Source of the DNA: Escherichia coli
GTDB lineage: Bacteria; Pseudomonadota; Gammaproteobacteria; Enterobacterales; Enterobacteriaceae
Reading direction: 5' to 3' (one strand)
NCBI GenBank assembly: GCA_902499925.1
Contig: GCA_902499925.1_4130.1
DNA: 64,000 nucleotides
Under the pieces are notes generated by a model that was given only the letters and a program-made list of their open reading frames with translations, had not been told where the DNA came from and did not search any database. Numbering within the stretch: position 1 is the first letter of the stretch; every line of letters starts with the position of its first letter. Below are positions 38,456-46,241 of this stretch, piece by piece. Both the position numbers and the translations under genes were made by a program.

Positions 38456-38713
38456 TTATCTCATAGATCTATGCCAACAATTACGCGGGGGACGTTTAAA
38501 AGTACTATCATGATCCTCCTGGCAAGTAATGCAGTACATGCACCCTATAACGGCCTGGCGTCGATTCTCAGGGATTTTATCGCCGCAGTCGAGGCAATGT
38601 ACTAGTGATTCTCTTTGTGCGTTAATTTGCTTTCTAGCGTGGTTGACGGCGGCCTGAATCACTGCGTTGATCTCGTCTTGTTCGGCCCCGTCTTTCGCGT
38701 ATCCTACTGCCAT
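38456..38713 (-). CDS. Putative DksA/TraR-type C4 zinc-finger protein
   Basis: 'HCLDCGDKIPENRRQAVIGCMYCITCQ' gives CxxC-N17-CxxC spacing. Confidence 0.55.
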   Translation of the reverse strand: MAVGYAKDGAEQDEINAVIQAAVNHARKQINAQRESLVHCLDCGDKIPENRRQAVIGCMYCITCQEDHDSTFKRPPRNCWHRSMR

Positions 38714-39042
38714 TATTTTAACCTCATTATAAAAATACTATAGTACTGTAATGCTACAATAATACTACTAGTGTTTATCTTATTCAAACCATATGATACT
38801 ACATATCCATCAGCATTACCACGGATAGTAACGCCTTTGTACTGTCTATATAAATTCAACTGCGTATATTGCCTTTGATCAAGAATTGATCAGAATTATA
38901 CGCCTTATGCTAAATTAATCCAGTACTTTTTTGATCATTTATTGATCGATATTATATAGTTACATTTGTGCACCCTATGGGTTAGTGACGTTCTCGTCTT
39001 GATGTAAGTATTATGCCAGTACTGGAGGATATTGTCAATAGA

Positions 39043-39240
39043 TTATTTTAATTTTTTTCTGTCATTGATTAATGCTTTCAGTACTATACTAATAACTTGC
39101 AATGATTCATCAATGACAATGAAATTATTCTCTTTCATTAGATGATAGTTACCATTGATTGTATATTCTAACGAGTACTGTTTACGTTTAATTTTTGATA
39201 ATGTTTCTATTTGTTTTTGTACTGATTTCATGCTAATCAT
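39043..39240 (-). CDS. Hypothetical small protein
   Basis: ORF in AT-rich spacer; start taken at first ATG (track begins at TTG). Confidence 0.35.
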   Translation of the reverse strand: MISMKSVQKQIETLSKIKRKQYSLEYTINGNYHLMKENNFIVIDESLQVISIVLKALINDRKKLK

Positions 39241-39313
39241 TGTCAAACGTCCTGTAACGCATTCTAACGAGATAAACGGTTTAGTACTGGCATTGTATAG
39301 GGTAAATGATTAA

Positions 39314-39339
39314 AGCCCACCAGCGTTAACCAGTGGGCT
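39314..39339 (-). terminator. Rho-independent terminator
   Basis: AGCCCAC-N12-GTGGGCT hairpin followed by T-rich tract on minus strand. Confidence 0.55.
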
Positions 39340-39345
39340 ATAATC

Positions 39346-39489
39346 TTACATCTTGCGGATAATCTTAACAGTATCTTTCACCGATTTACCGTTTTGCTGA
39401 CATTGCTCGATCATCGCGTATTGTTCTGCGGTCAGATCCTCGCCAGTTTTTGCCAGTACTGCGTCGATGAATGAATCCAGTGCGATCAT
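39346..39489 (-). CDS. Small hypothetical protein (~47 aa), not in ORF track
   Basis: Own TTGACA-N16-TATAAT promoter; translation MIALDSFIDAVLAKTGEDLTAEQYAMIEQCQQNGK...; terminator downstream. Confidence 0.45.
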   Translation of the reverse strand: MIALDSFIDAVLAKTGEDLTAEQYAMIEQCQQNGKSVKDTVKIIRKM

Positions 39490-39588
39490 TTTGTTTCTCT
39501 CTTAGGTTAAGTTAACTACTGTTTATAAAACTTATTATACAGTACTATCAAACGTTGTCAATATCTTTAATAGTACTGGTAATATATT

Positions 39589-39768
39589 TTAGCGGTAATC
39601 GTCGTATGCTTTATTCACCTGGCGAATGTAACTTTCAAAGGCTTCGTCTACCGTTTCATACTCCCGAACATAATCACCATAGGAAACTACATACATACCT
39701 TTTTGATCTTCAAACGTCATGATGATAGAATCCAGGCCGATGATTTCAGTTTTTGCGATGATAGCCAT
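39589..39768 (-). CDS. Hypothetical small protein
   Basis: Start at MAIIAKTEII after AAGGA; upstream TTGACA-N17-CATAAT. Confidence 0.55.
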   Translation of the reverse strand: MAIIAKTEIIGLDSIIMTFEDQKGMYVVSYGDYVREYETVDEAFESYIRQVNKAYDDYR

Positions 39769-39850
39769 TTTTAATTCCTTAGTAGTGTAGTTGATAAAAG
39801 TTATTATGCCAGTACTATCAATCAGTGTCAATAGTACTGTGATAATATTT

Positions 39851-40063
39851 TTAGTTAATGATAGTCAGTGTAAAATTGTAATCCCCTGCCTGGTATAGTA
39901 CTTTGTCGCCGAACGTTCCAACACGTTTCATATTGCAATAGATACCCATAACACTTTTTACATCTTTGATATTCCGAACGCCAGTAATATCCTTGTTTAA
40001 ATGATCGTGATCAGAAAATAAAACTTGTTTTGCATTTTTCAGTACAGTGCAGATATTAGCCAT
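39851..40063 (-). CDS. Hypothetical protein
   Basis: 70-aa ORF; promoter and GGGGAGAATCATTTCTCCCC leader. Confidence 0.6.
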   Translation of the reverse strand: MANICTVLKNAKQVLFSDHDHLNKDITGVRNIKDVKSVMGIYCNMKRVGTFGDKVLYQAGDYNFTLTIIN

Positions 40064-40157
40064 TTTGTTTTCTCTCTGTTAGTGGGGAGAATCATTTCTC
40101 CCCTTGATGTAAACTATTATACAGTACTATAATCTATTGTCAAACTATTTTTTTATA

Positions 40158-40499
40158 TTATTCGAAATCTTCTGGACCGGACTGATAATCATCTTCACCG
40201 TATGCACTTTCTAACCGCTCACCAGTGTGATCATCAGTTAGTGAGTCATCCTCATAGTTCACGTCTACGCCAGTGATGTAAAACTGGCTATCGTCTGGAT
40301 CATTGAAATTAATTTTTTGGATGTTTACAATAACTGTATTGATACCCAGGACACCGCCATCAGCCGTTACAAAGTACTGATAGTTTTCGCAACCGCCTGA
40401 ATTGAAACCGTAATTAATTTCGGCCCGACCATCATTTAAACGCAGTGCCTGGGCGATGATTTCATTTTCAAAGTTAGATTGAGCAATTGAGATAGTCAT
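40158..40499 (-). CDS. Hypothetical acidic protein
   Basis: 113-aa ORF with promoter TTGCAA-N16-TATAAT and GGGGAAACGGTTTCCCC leader. Confidence 0.65.
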   Translation of the reverse strand: MTISIAQSNFENEIIAQALRLNDGRAEINYGFNSGGCENYQYFVTADGGVLGINTVIVNIQKINFNDPDDSQFYITGVDVNYEDDSLTDDHTGERLESAYGEDDYQSGPEDFE

Positions 40500-40623
40500 G
40501 ATTTGTTTCCTTATTACCAGGGGAAACCGTTTCCCCTTTCGATGTAAAACATTATACGCTTATTGAGATAGTTTGCAAGTACTTTCTACAAATACTTTTA
40601 AAATAGTTTTCAGTACTCAAACA

Positions 40624-40727
40624 TTATATAATAGATACACTTATGCACCCTGTGGGCTAGTGAGCTATCTCTCAATGAATATATAATAGCAAAATGGCTG
40701 ACCGGAGTCAACCACTTTTTTCATTTA
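40624..40727. repeat. Copy D of ~90-bp intergenic repeat
   Basis: TATAATAGATACACTTATGCACCCTGTGGGCTAGTGAGC...AAAATGGCTGACCGGAGTCAACCACTTTTTT. Confidence 0.6.
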
Positions 40728-40864
40728 TTTTTAGCTTTTAGAATCGCCGCCTTTCGCGTCATGCCTTGCTTGATGTATTCCTGTACTTTCGCTTTACGTG
40801 CATTCGCTTTATTTGCTTTCGTAAACGCCGAACAACTTTTATAATTTAAGCCTGTTGGATTCAT
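40721..40864 (-). CDS. Small basic hypothetical protein (~47 aa), not in ORF track
   Basis: Start directly after stop of upstream ORF (TAAATG); Lys-rich; followed by terminator hairpin. Confidence 0.4.
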   Translation of the reverse strand: MNPTGLNYKSCSAFTKANKANARKAKVQEYIKQGMTRKAAILKAKNK

Positions 40865-40954
40865 TTAAATCACCATAAAGAATAGATAGGTTACTAACAA
40901 TGCCGCGATCAATGCACCGACCAGGGCCGAACTATAGTAAGCTAATGATTTCAT
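40865..40954 (-). CDS. Small hydrophobic peptide (~29 aa), not in ORF track
   Basis: ATGA overlap with upstream gene; MKSLAYYSSALVGALIAALLVTYLFFMVI is a single predicted TM helix. Confidence 0.4.
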   Translation of the reverse strand: MKSLAYYSSALVGALIAALLVTYLFFMVI

Positions 40955-41103
40955 TTTTTAGCCTGAAAGTAATGTTTAATTTGAGCGGCGGTCAGTGCAC
41001 AATTACGCAGGAAGTTTTCTGTATAACTGCGGCGAGTACTGAAAGAGAATTGACCTTTGCCGTTACCGATAGTAACATCAAACCGAGCGTTGTATTGTTT
41101 CAT
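40951..41103 (-). CDS. Hypothetical small protein
   Basis: Start at MKQYNARF after GGAG; track extension is promoter/hairpin. Confidence 0.5.
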   Translation of the reverse strand: MKQYNARFDVTIGNGKGQFSFSTRRSYTENFLRNCALTAAQIKHYFQAKK

Positions 41104-41184
41104 TTTGTTTCTCCTGTTATTGGGGAGAATCATTTCTCCCCTTCATGTAAAACATTATACAGTACTAAAAACTAATTGCAAGTA

Positions 41185-41331
41185 CTATTTTTTAGATTTA
41201 CGCAAACTTTCTACCATCTCAGGAGTAAGGCCAGGCGGGTAGAAAACCACTTCATCAACGAAACGTAAAGGGAATACCCCATCTAAGGTTGAACGTGCTT
41301 TCTTGTTAGTACTCTTTTTTGATGCTTTCAT
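41185..41331 (-). CDS. Small basic hypothetical protein (~48 aa), not in ORF track
   Basis: Own promoter (TTGCAA-N16-TATAAT), GGGGAGAA leader and TAAGGAA SD; MKASKKSTNKKARSTLDGVFPLRF... Confidence 0.5.
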   Translation of the reverse strand: MKASKKSTNKKARSTLDGVFPLRFVDEVVFYPPGLTPEMVESLRKSKK

Positions 41332-41400
41332 TTCATATTCCTTAATTAGTGGGGAGAATCATTTCTCCCCTTCATGTAAAACATTATACGCGTTTAAAAA

Positions 41401-41610
41401 CTAATTGCAAGTACTATTTGAAAGTAAATGCTCATACGCTGCATTAACTACGTTTTCAATAACCGACTGTACAGAAAGATCCCCCACGGCCTGGCTATAG
41501 TAGAAATCGCTTACAGTGGTGTCATCGTATGCAAATACTTTACCAGGTACTGCATCAATCACATACATATTAACCTTTAAGATGTCGATCTTATCCTGTA
41601 CAGTAAGCAT
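41401..41610 (-). CDS. Hypothetical protein
   Basis: 69-aa ORF. Confidence 0.6.
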   Translation of the reverse strand: MLTVQDKIDILKVNMYVIDAVPGKVFAYDDTTVSDFYYSQAVGDLSVQSVIENVVNAAYEHLLSNSTCN

Positions 41611-41615
41611 ATTAA

Positions 41616-41888
41616 TTAACCTTTTAAGTACTGGCTTAAGTAGTCTTGTTGATCTTCGGTGATTGCAGCCATCTTCCCTAGTACTGGATTGATGATATAA
41701 TCCCCTGTAACGTCCTGTAACGCATTCTCAGGCGGTTTAACGGCTGGGGTAGCCATAGCCATTGCCTGGACTTGTTCGACGCTGTAACGCTCATAAAGGC
41801 GGCATTCTTCCGGTGTTAACATAGCATCAGTACGCTTCATCGGTTTAATGATGCTTTCGATCTCATTCAGTACTTGATTAACGTTCAT
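41616..41888 (-). CDS. Hypothetical protein
   Basis: 90-aa ORF. Confidence 0.65.
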   Translation of the reverse strand: MNVNQVLNEIESIIKPMKRTDAMLTPEECRLYERYSVEQVQAMAMATPAVKPPENALQDVTGDYIINPVLGKMAAITEDQQDYLSQYLKG

Positions 41889-41939
41889 GGTATAATCCCC
41901 AATATAAGCGGCCTGAATCGACCGCTAACGATGTTTTGA

Positions 41940-42209
41940 TTAATAGGTGTATGGTTGACGCTCAAACAATGATTGCACGTTGTACGCCCCGCTTATGGGC
42001 TTCGCTGGTAAATCAATTTTATATTGTTCACGCTTAAAGATAATAAAACGGCAATTGTTTTTAACATCAAAATTGATTGAACGTTCCAGGAGTTTTCCAT
42101 CGTGCACAAATACAAGATAACCGCTTGCTACTTGTTTTGTAGTACTGGTTGCAACCATAGACCGACGAACATGTGTACCTGCATCGATTAAAGTACTGAT
42201 ATTTTTCAT
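41940..42209 (-). CDS. Hypothetical protein
   Basis: 89-aa ORF. Confidence 0.65.
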   Translation of the reverse strand: MKNISTLIDAGTHVRRSMVATSTTKQVASGYLVFVHDGKLLERSINFDVKNNCRFIIFKREQYKIDLPAKPISGAYNVQSLFERQPYTY

Positions 42210-42289
42210 TATACGATCCTCTTAAGTTAATTTAATTTCTTTCCCCTATGCAGACACTATATCAAAGTATCTGCATAAAGTAAAGCTAA

Positions 42290-42613
42290 TTAAAGATCTT
42301 TTTTGCGTTTAACATTCTGTACAGTACAATGCAACGGGATATTAAGATCATTGCACAAACGAGTAAGGGAGGTTTCATCAGTATTAAGCCCGTCTACTGA
42401 TTCCTTTAAGAGAGATAACGCCGTTTGTTGATATGCATCTTCATAGCCATAAGTAAATGATTCAACCGCCAGATCATTCAAACCGTTATCCAGTTCAACG
42501 CTTACATGACAAGAATGATAAGTATTGCCATATGAATCAGTCCAACGTTTACCGTCAACATTGATTGCACGGATTGCAGCCAGGGAAACGGTGTTAATGA
42601 TAGTTTTAGCCAT
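42290..42613 (-). CDS. Hypothetical protein (paralog of 35442..35765)
   Basis: Shares 'RWTDSYGNTYHSCHVS' and 'FTYGYE'. Confidence 0.7.
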   Translation of the reverse strand: MAKTIINTVSLAAIRAINVDGKRWTDSYGNTYHSCHVSVELDNGLNDLAVESFTYGYEDAYQQTALSLLKESVDGLNTDETSLTRLCNDLNIPLHCTVQNVKRKKDL

Positions 42614-42702
42614 TTTTGTATTCCTTAAATTAATATGTTGTCTTGATAAAATCTATTATGCCAGTACTATCAAACTATGTCAATAGTACTGTGATAATAT
42701 TT

Positions 42703-42846
42703 TTACTTACTTTTTTCTTTCTTTATTACTTCCACCTGGTCGGCCCATTCTTTACCCCATACTTGTAAATTATAATGGTACTGGCAAAGAGCAACGCCCC
42801 GCTTTAAACCCGTAATAGATTTCTGACCACATTGACAAGTTTTCAT
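42703..42846 (-). CDS. Small Cys-containing hypothetical protein (~47 aa), not in ORF track
   Basis: Own promoter and GGGGAGAACCATTTCTCCCC leader; MKTCQCGQKSITGLKRGVALCQYHYNLQVW... Confidence 0.45.
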   Translation of the reverse strand: MKTCQCGQKSITGLKRGVALCQYHYNLQVWGKEWADQVEVIKKEKSK

Positions 42847-42932
42847 TTTAGTTTCCTTGTAGTGGGGAGAACCATTTCTCCCCTTGATGTAATGTATTAT
42901 ACTTTATTCGATTTACTTTGCAAGTACTTTTT

Positions 42933-43160
42933 TTAATTTAATTCATCAAGGCAAAGGATACGCTCAACGCCCAAATCAGTTAAACTAATCGACGGCACTT
43001 GATAGGTTTCAATGTATGCTACACTTGCCCACTGACCGAACTCATTAACGGCCCAGGTATTCATTGCATTTTGCAATTCCGCACCTTCCTTGTTGGTAAT
43101 GACTGCAACTACTTGTTCGTTGCCAGTAGTACCAGATACGCGAGTAATGATAATAGCCAT
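42933..43160 (-). CDS. Hypothetical protein
   Basis: Start at MAIIITRVSG; track extension is promoter/hairpin. Confidence 0.65.
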   Translation of the reverse strand: MAIIITRVSGTTGNEQVVAVITNKEGAELQNAMNTWAVNEFGQWASVAYIETYQVPSISLTDLGVERILCLDELN

Positions 43161-43397
43161 TGTTTTGATTCCTTTGATTTGGAAGGAGAACCGTTTCCCC
43201 CTCTCGATGTAAAACATTATACGCTAATCTCTTAATCGTGCAAGTACTTTTTATTACTTTTTGCAAAATACTTTAAACGCTCTCAATCGCATTACAACGA
43301 CCTTAACGCCACCAGCTAGGGCAATTGCATCAGATAATCAGTTTAATGCGTTAGAATCGTTTCTAGGCGGTGCTGGTGGCCTGGTAAACGATAAACA

Positions 43398-43425
43398 CAA
43401 AAAAGCCCACCATTTAAGGTGGGCT
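43398..43425 (-). terminator. Rho-independent terminator
   Basis: AGCCCACC-ttaaat-GGTGGGCT followed by TTTTTT on minus strand, just 3' of gene 43447..43929. Confidence 0.65.
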
Positions 43426-43446
43426 AGTGATTCAGTACTTTAATTG

Positions 43447-43929
43447 TTATGCTTCAACTTTGCGATGAGCTTCGATCCATTCCTCGCGAGTCATACCGCT
43501 GGAGTTAATCGCATCCAGTACTACAGCAATGCAGTTACCACGCACCGGAATCAGATATTCTTCCCCGTTGTCCAGTACTACCGCTACGCGTTCCTGAATC
43601 CATTTTTTTGCTTTTACTTCTGGCTTATCTTCCCCGTACTTAACCGCCAGGGCTTTTTGTGCCATCTCTGTAACTACTTCCAGATCCAGCCCAACTACTG
43701 CCGCCTGAATACTTTCAATTGTTGCTTGCAGTTCTGCTTCACGGGCCGCTTTCGCCGCTTCAATTTCTGCCGCTTTATTTGCTTGTAGTTCTTTCGCAGT
43801 ACTGTACGCGATGTTAAAATTATTGCGTACCGCTTTCATGGTATCGTTGTCCAGTTCAGCCAGGATCTCAGCCGCGACGTTAGTTTCATTTGCTACCAGT
43901 GCTTTGATGAATGATTTTACATTAGCCAT
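43447..43929 (-). CDS. Hypothetical protein with Ala/Glu-rich predicted coiled-coil region
   Basis: Start at MANVKSFIK; central 'AKELQANKAAEIEAAKAAREAELQATIESIQAA'. Confidence 0.7.
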   Translation of the reverse strand: MANVKSFIKALVANETNVAAEILAELDNDTMKAVRNNFNIAYSTAKELQANKAAEIEAAKAAREAELQATIESIQAAVVGLDLEVVTEMAQKALAVKYGEDKPEVKAKKWIQERVAVVLDNGEEYLIPVRGNCIAVVLDAINSSGMTREEWIEAHRKVEA

Positions 43930-44134
43930 TTTATAAATCCTCAATTAAAGTTTAGTTTACGTTTATTAGTGTATCAAAGTTTTCTCGACGTGTCCAGTTT
44001 TTCGTTCGACTTACTGGCGGTCTACTTAGTGCTCCCCGTCTTGATGTAATACATTCTACGCCTTTTTGCGGTAATGTCAACTACTTTTTTTAAAACTATT
44101 TTCAAAGTATCTCAGTACTACGATACTATAAAAA

Positions 44135-44161
44135 CAAAAAAGCCCACTGTATAAGTGGGCT
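44135..44161 (-). terminator. Rho-independent terminator
   Basis: AGCCCAC-ttataca-GTGGGCT followed by T-run on minus strand, 3' of gene 44179..44478. Confidence 0.6.
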
Positions 44162-44178
44162 AGTGATTCAGTACTAGA

Positions 44179-44478
44179 TTATAAACAGTTAATTACTCCG
44201 GTGTGCGTTACTTTCTCAGTATCCATTACAGTGACCGAACCGCGTTTAGTACTTGCATCGTAATAAATTGTCGTGCTACCTTTTTCGTCTTCTTCATGGA
44301 ACGGGCCGCTTTTAAATGCTTCTGGCTGGATCTCTAAATCCTTTAAAACAATCTCGCCAGTACTTTCATTGGTCATCGCTACAGTGCACTGAATGAATTT
44401 TTCATTACTTACATCTAACGACGCATTAACAGCGAAAGAGGAAACAGATAAAGCCAGGGCGATGATTGCAATTTTCAT
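44179..44478 (-). CDS. Putative secreted/periplasmic protein
   Basis: N-terminus MKIAIIALALSVSSFAVNA-SLDV looks like a signal peptide. Confidence 0.7.
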   Translation of the reverse strand: MKIAIIALALSVSSFAVNASLDVSNEKFIQCTVAMTNESTGEIVLKDLEIQPEAFKSGPFHEEDEKGSTTIYYDASTKRGSVTVMDTEKVTHTGVINCL

Positions 44479-44562
44479 TTGATTATCCTTAGTTACCAGG
44501 GGGAACCGCTCCCCCTTGCGATGTAAAATATTATACAGTTCTAAAAACTATTATCAAGTACT

Positions 44563-44799
44563 TTATGATTTTTTATAAAACATTTCAGCAGTGATATTTT
44601 TACCCGTTGGCTGTACTTTATCCAGGATTTTTTGATGTCCAGGCCGACCAAATGAATATGATCCGTAAACCGTAAACCAGTAGTTACCCTCAGTGTTTAC
44701 ATGTACAGCACAATAAGGAACACCACGCGATTCATCACTAGTAAAGTGTGATACCGTTCCCGTTACATTCGCAGACGTTGATTTGATTTGTTCGAGCAT
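44563..44799 (-). CDS. Hypothetical protein
   Basis: 78-aa ORF with leader hairpin GGGGAACCACTCCCC. Confidence 0.6.
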   Translation of the reverse strand: MLEQIKSTSANVTGTVSHFTSDESRGVPYCAVHVNTEGNYWFTVYGSYSFGRPGHQKILDKVQPTGKNITAEMFYKKS

Positions 44800-44906
44800 T
44801 TTCTTATTCCTTAGTTACCAGGGGAACCACTCCCCTATGCAAAACATTATACGCGTTTAAAAACTAATTGCAAGTATTTTAATAAAAAGTATTTGAAAAA
44901 TAGTTG

Positions 44907-44935
44907 TTGACAAGTGCATCCAGTACTGGCATAAT
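44907..44935 (+). promoter_or_regulatory. Plus-strand sigma70-like promoter (TTGACA-N17-CATAAT) with no downstream ORF
   Basis: Hexamers read on plus strand; followed by CCCACCGGGTGC motif and a hairpin. Confidence 0.5.
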
Positions 44936-44941
44936 TACTAC

Positions 44942-45045
44942 ATAAAGACAAAACAGTCTCTAACCCACCGGGTGCCGAGATCCGTCTATTAAATGATTCA
45001 GTACTGAAAAAGTAACGGGGAGTTATTATCTCCCCGCGTTGTTAT
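44942..45045 (+). ncRNA. Candidate small RNA (promoter-to-terminator unit ~100 nt)
   Basis: Begins after promoter at 44907-44935; contains CCCACCGGGTGC; ends at CGGGGAG-ttattat-CTCCCCG hairpin followed by T-rich tract. Confidence 0.35.
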
Positions 45046-45263
45046 TTGGTAAGGTATAAACAGAAGTCACCTTTATTTGCTACGCCGCCAGTGTAACGCG
45101 ATGAATAGTTAGAAACGTCCTGGACTTCTGCTATTACCAGTGTATCATCATTCATTTCGTCGCAGAAGCAAACGGCTGGATCTTGTACGCCGATTTTGTC
45201 GGCATGTTCCCGCATAGATTTAACCAGTGCTTCCAGTTGGGAAAGAGTAGTGATATTAGCCAT
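45042..45263 (-). CDS. Hypothetical protein
   Basis: Start at MANITTLSQ; track extension is leader. Confidence 0.65.
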   Translation of the reverse strand: MANITTLSQLEALVKSMREHADKIGVQDPAVCFCDEMNDDTLVIAEVQDVSNYSSRYTGGVANKGDFCLYLTK

Positions 45264-45349
45264 TTTATTTTCCTCATTACCAGGGAGAACCATTTCTCCC
45301 TTTGATGTAAACCATTATACAGTACTGAAAACTAATTGCAAGTACTTTT

Positions 45350-45553
45350 TTAATTTAATTGCTTTAAAACATACTCAAAGACACCACGCACATCATTGAT
45401 CATCGCCTGGCGGTTAGCAGGTAACGCATCAGGATCGCCACTATCCCAGGCATTGATAAAACTCCCCAAATCATGATAGATTTTATTCTGTAAGCCGATT
45501 AACTGCAATTCTTTTTCTTCAAGCTCTTTGATACGTTCAATTAAATCACTCAT
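45350..45553 (-). CDS. Hypothetical protein
   Basis: Start at MSDLIERIKE after GAGGA. Confidence 0.6.
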   Translation of the reverse strand: MSDLIERIKELEEKELQLIGLQNKIYHDLGSFINAWDSGDPDALPANRQAMINDVRGVFEYVLKQLN

Positions 45554-45570
45554 TAGATAATCCTCAGTAC

Positions 45571-45855
45571 TTAACTGTAAGATCCGCAACGGTCGCAGTA
45601 GTGCCCGTCCTCGTCATCGTCAACGAATTGACCGACGAAATGATCTACTTTCGCTTTCAGGTTATTATAATCGTTTTCTACTTCCGTTAAACGCTTCTGG
45701 TAGTATTCCAGTGCTTTAAGATATGCCGCATCAGCAGTTTTCTCCTGCATAGCTAAATTCATGCCACGCGTTTCATCGTACAGCCAAAAACCATCGGTGC
45801 ACTCACTGATTGACAATGATTTACTTAACACATTGTACTTTATTACTTTACTCAT
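45571..45855 (-). CDS. Hypothetical protein with C-terminal CxxC
   Basis: Start at MSKVIKYNVL after GAGGA; C-terminal 'HYCDRCGSYS'. Confidence 0.65.
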   Translation of the reverse strand: MSKVIKYNVLSKSLSISECTDGFWLYDETRGMNLAMQEKTADAAYLKALEYYQKRLTEVENDYNNLKAKVDHFVGQFVDDDEDGHYCDRCGSYS

Positions 45856-45911
45856 TAGATAATCCTCAGTAAAGGCGGGAACCATTCCCGCCATTGATTC
45901 AGTACTGAATG

Positions 45912-46151
45912 TTACATTCCAACCATTGCGGCACGGATCGCAGTAGTGCTATACTTGAATCCGTCCGGCGTTGTAGTAGTACCGTTGGCTTTTAATCTGC
46001 GGTACATACATTGGGCCGCAATATCTTTAGTTTTACATTGTGCGATGCAACTTTGAGCAAGCCGATATAATGACTCACCGTTATTAATCCACAATGAAAC
46101 ATTCCAATGAGTTTTGTTTTTGTGCCCGTTGTAAGTTTTAGTACTAGCCAT
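45912..46151 (-). CDS. Hypothetical protein (paralog of 47951..48190)
   Basis: Shares 'GHKNKTHWNVSLWINN' and identical C-terminus 'TPDGFKYSTTAIRAAMVGM'. Confidence 0.7.
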   Translation of the reverse strand: MASTKTYNGHKNKTHWNVSLWINNGESLYRLAQSCIAQCKTKDIAAQCMYRRLKANGTTTTPDGFKYSTTAIRAAMVGM

Positions 46152-46241
46152 TTTTAAATCCTCGTTTGAGCGGGGAACCATTCCCCGCCTCGATATAAAG
46201 TATTATACGCTTTTAAACTTAGTTTGCAAGTACTTTTTGAA

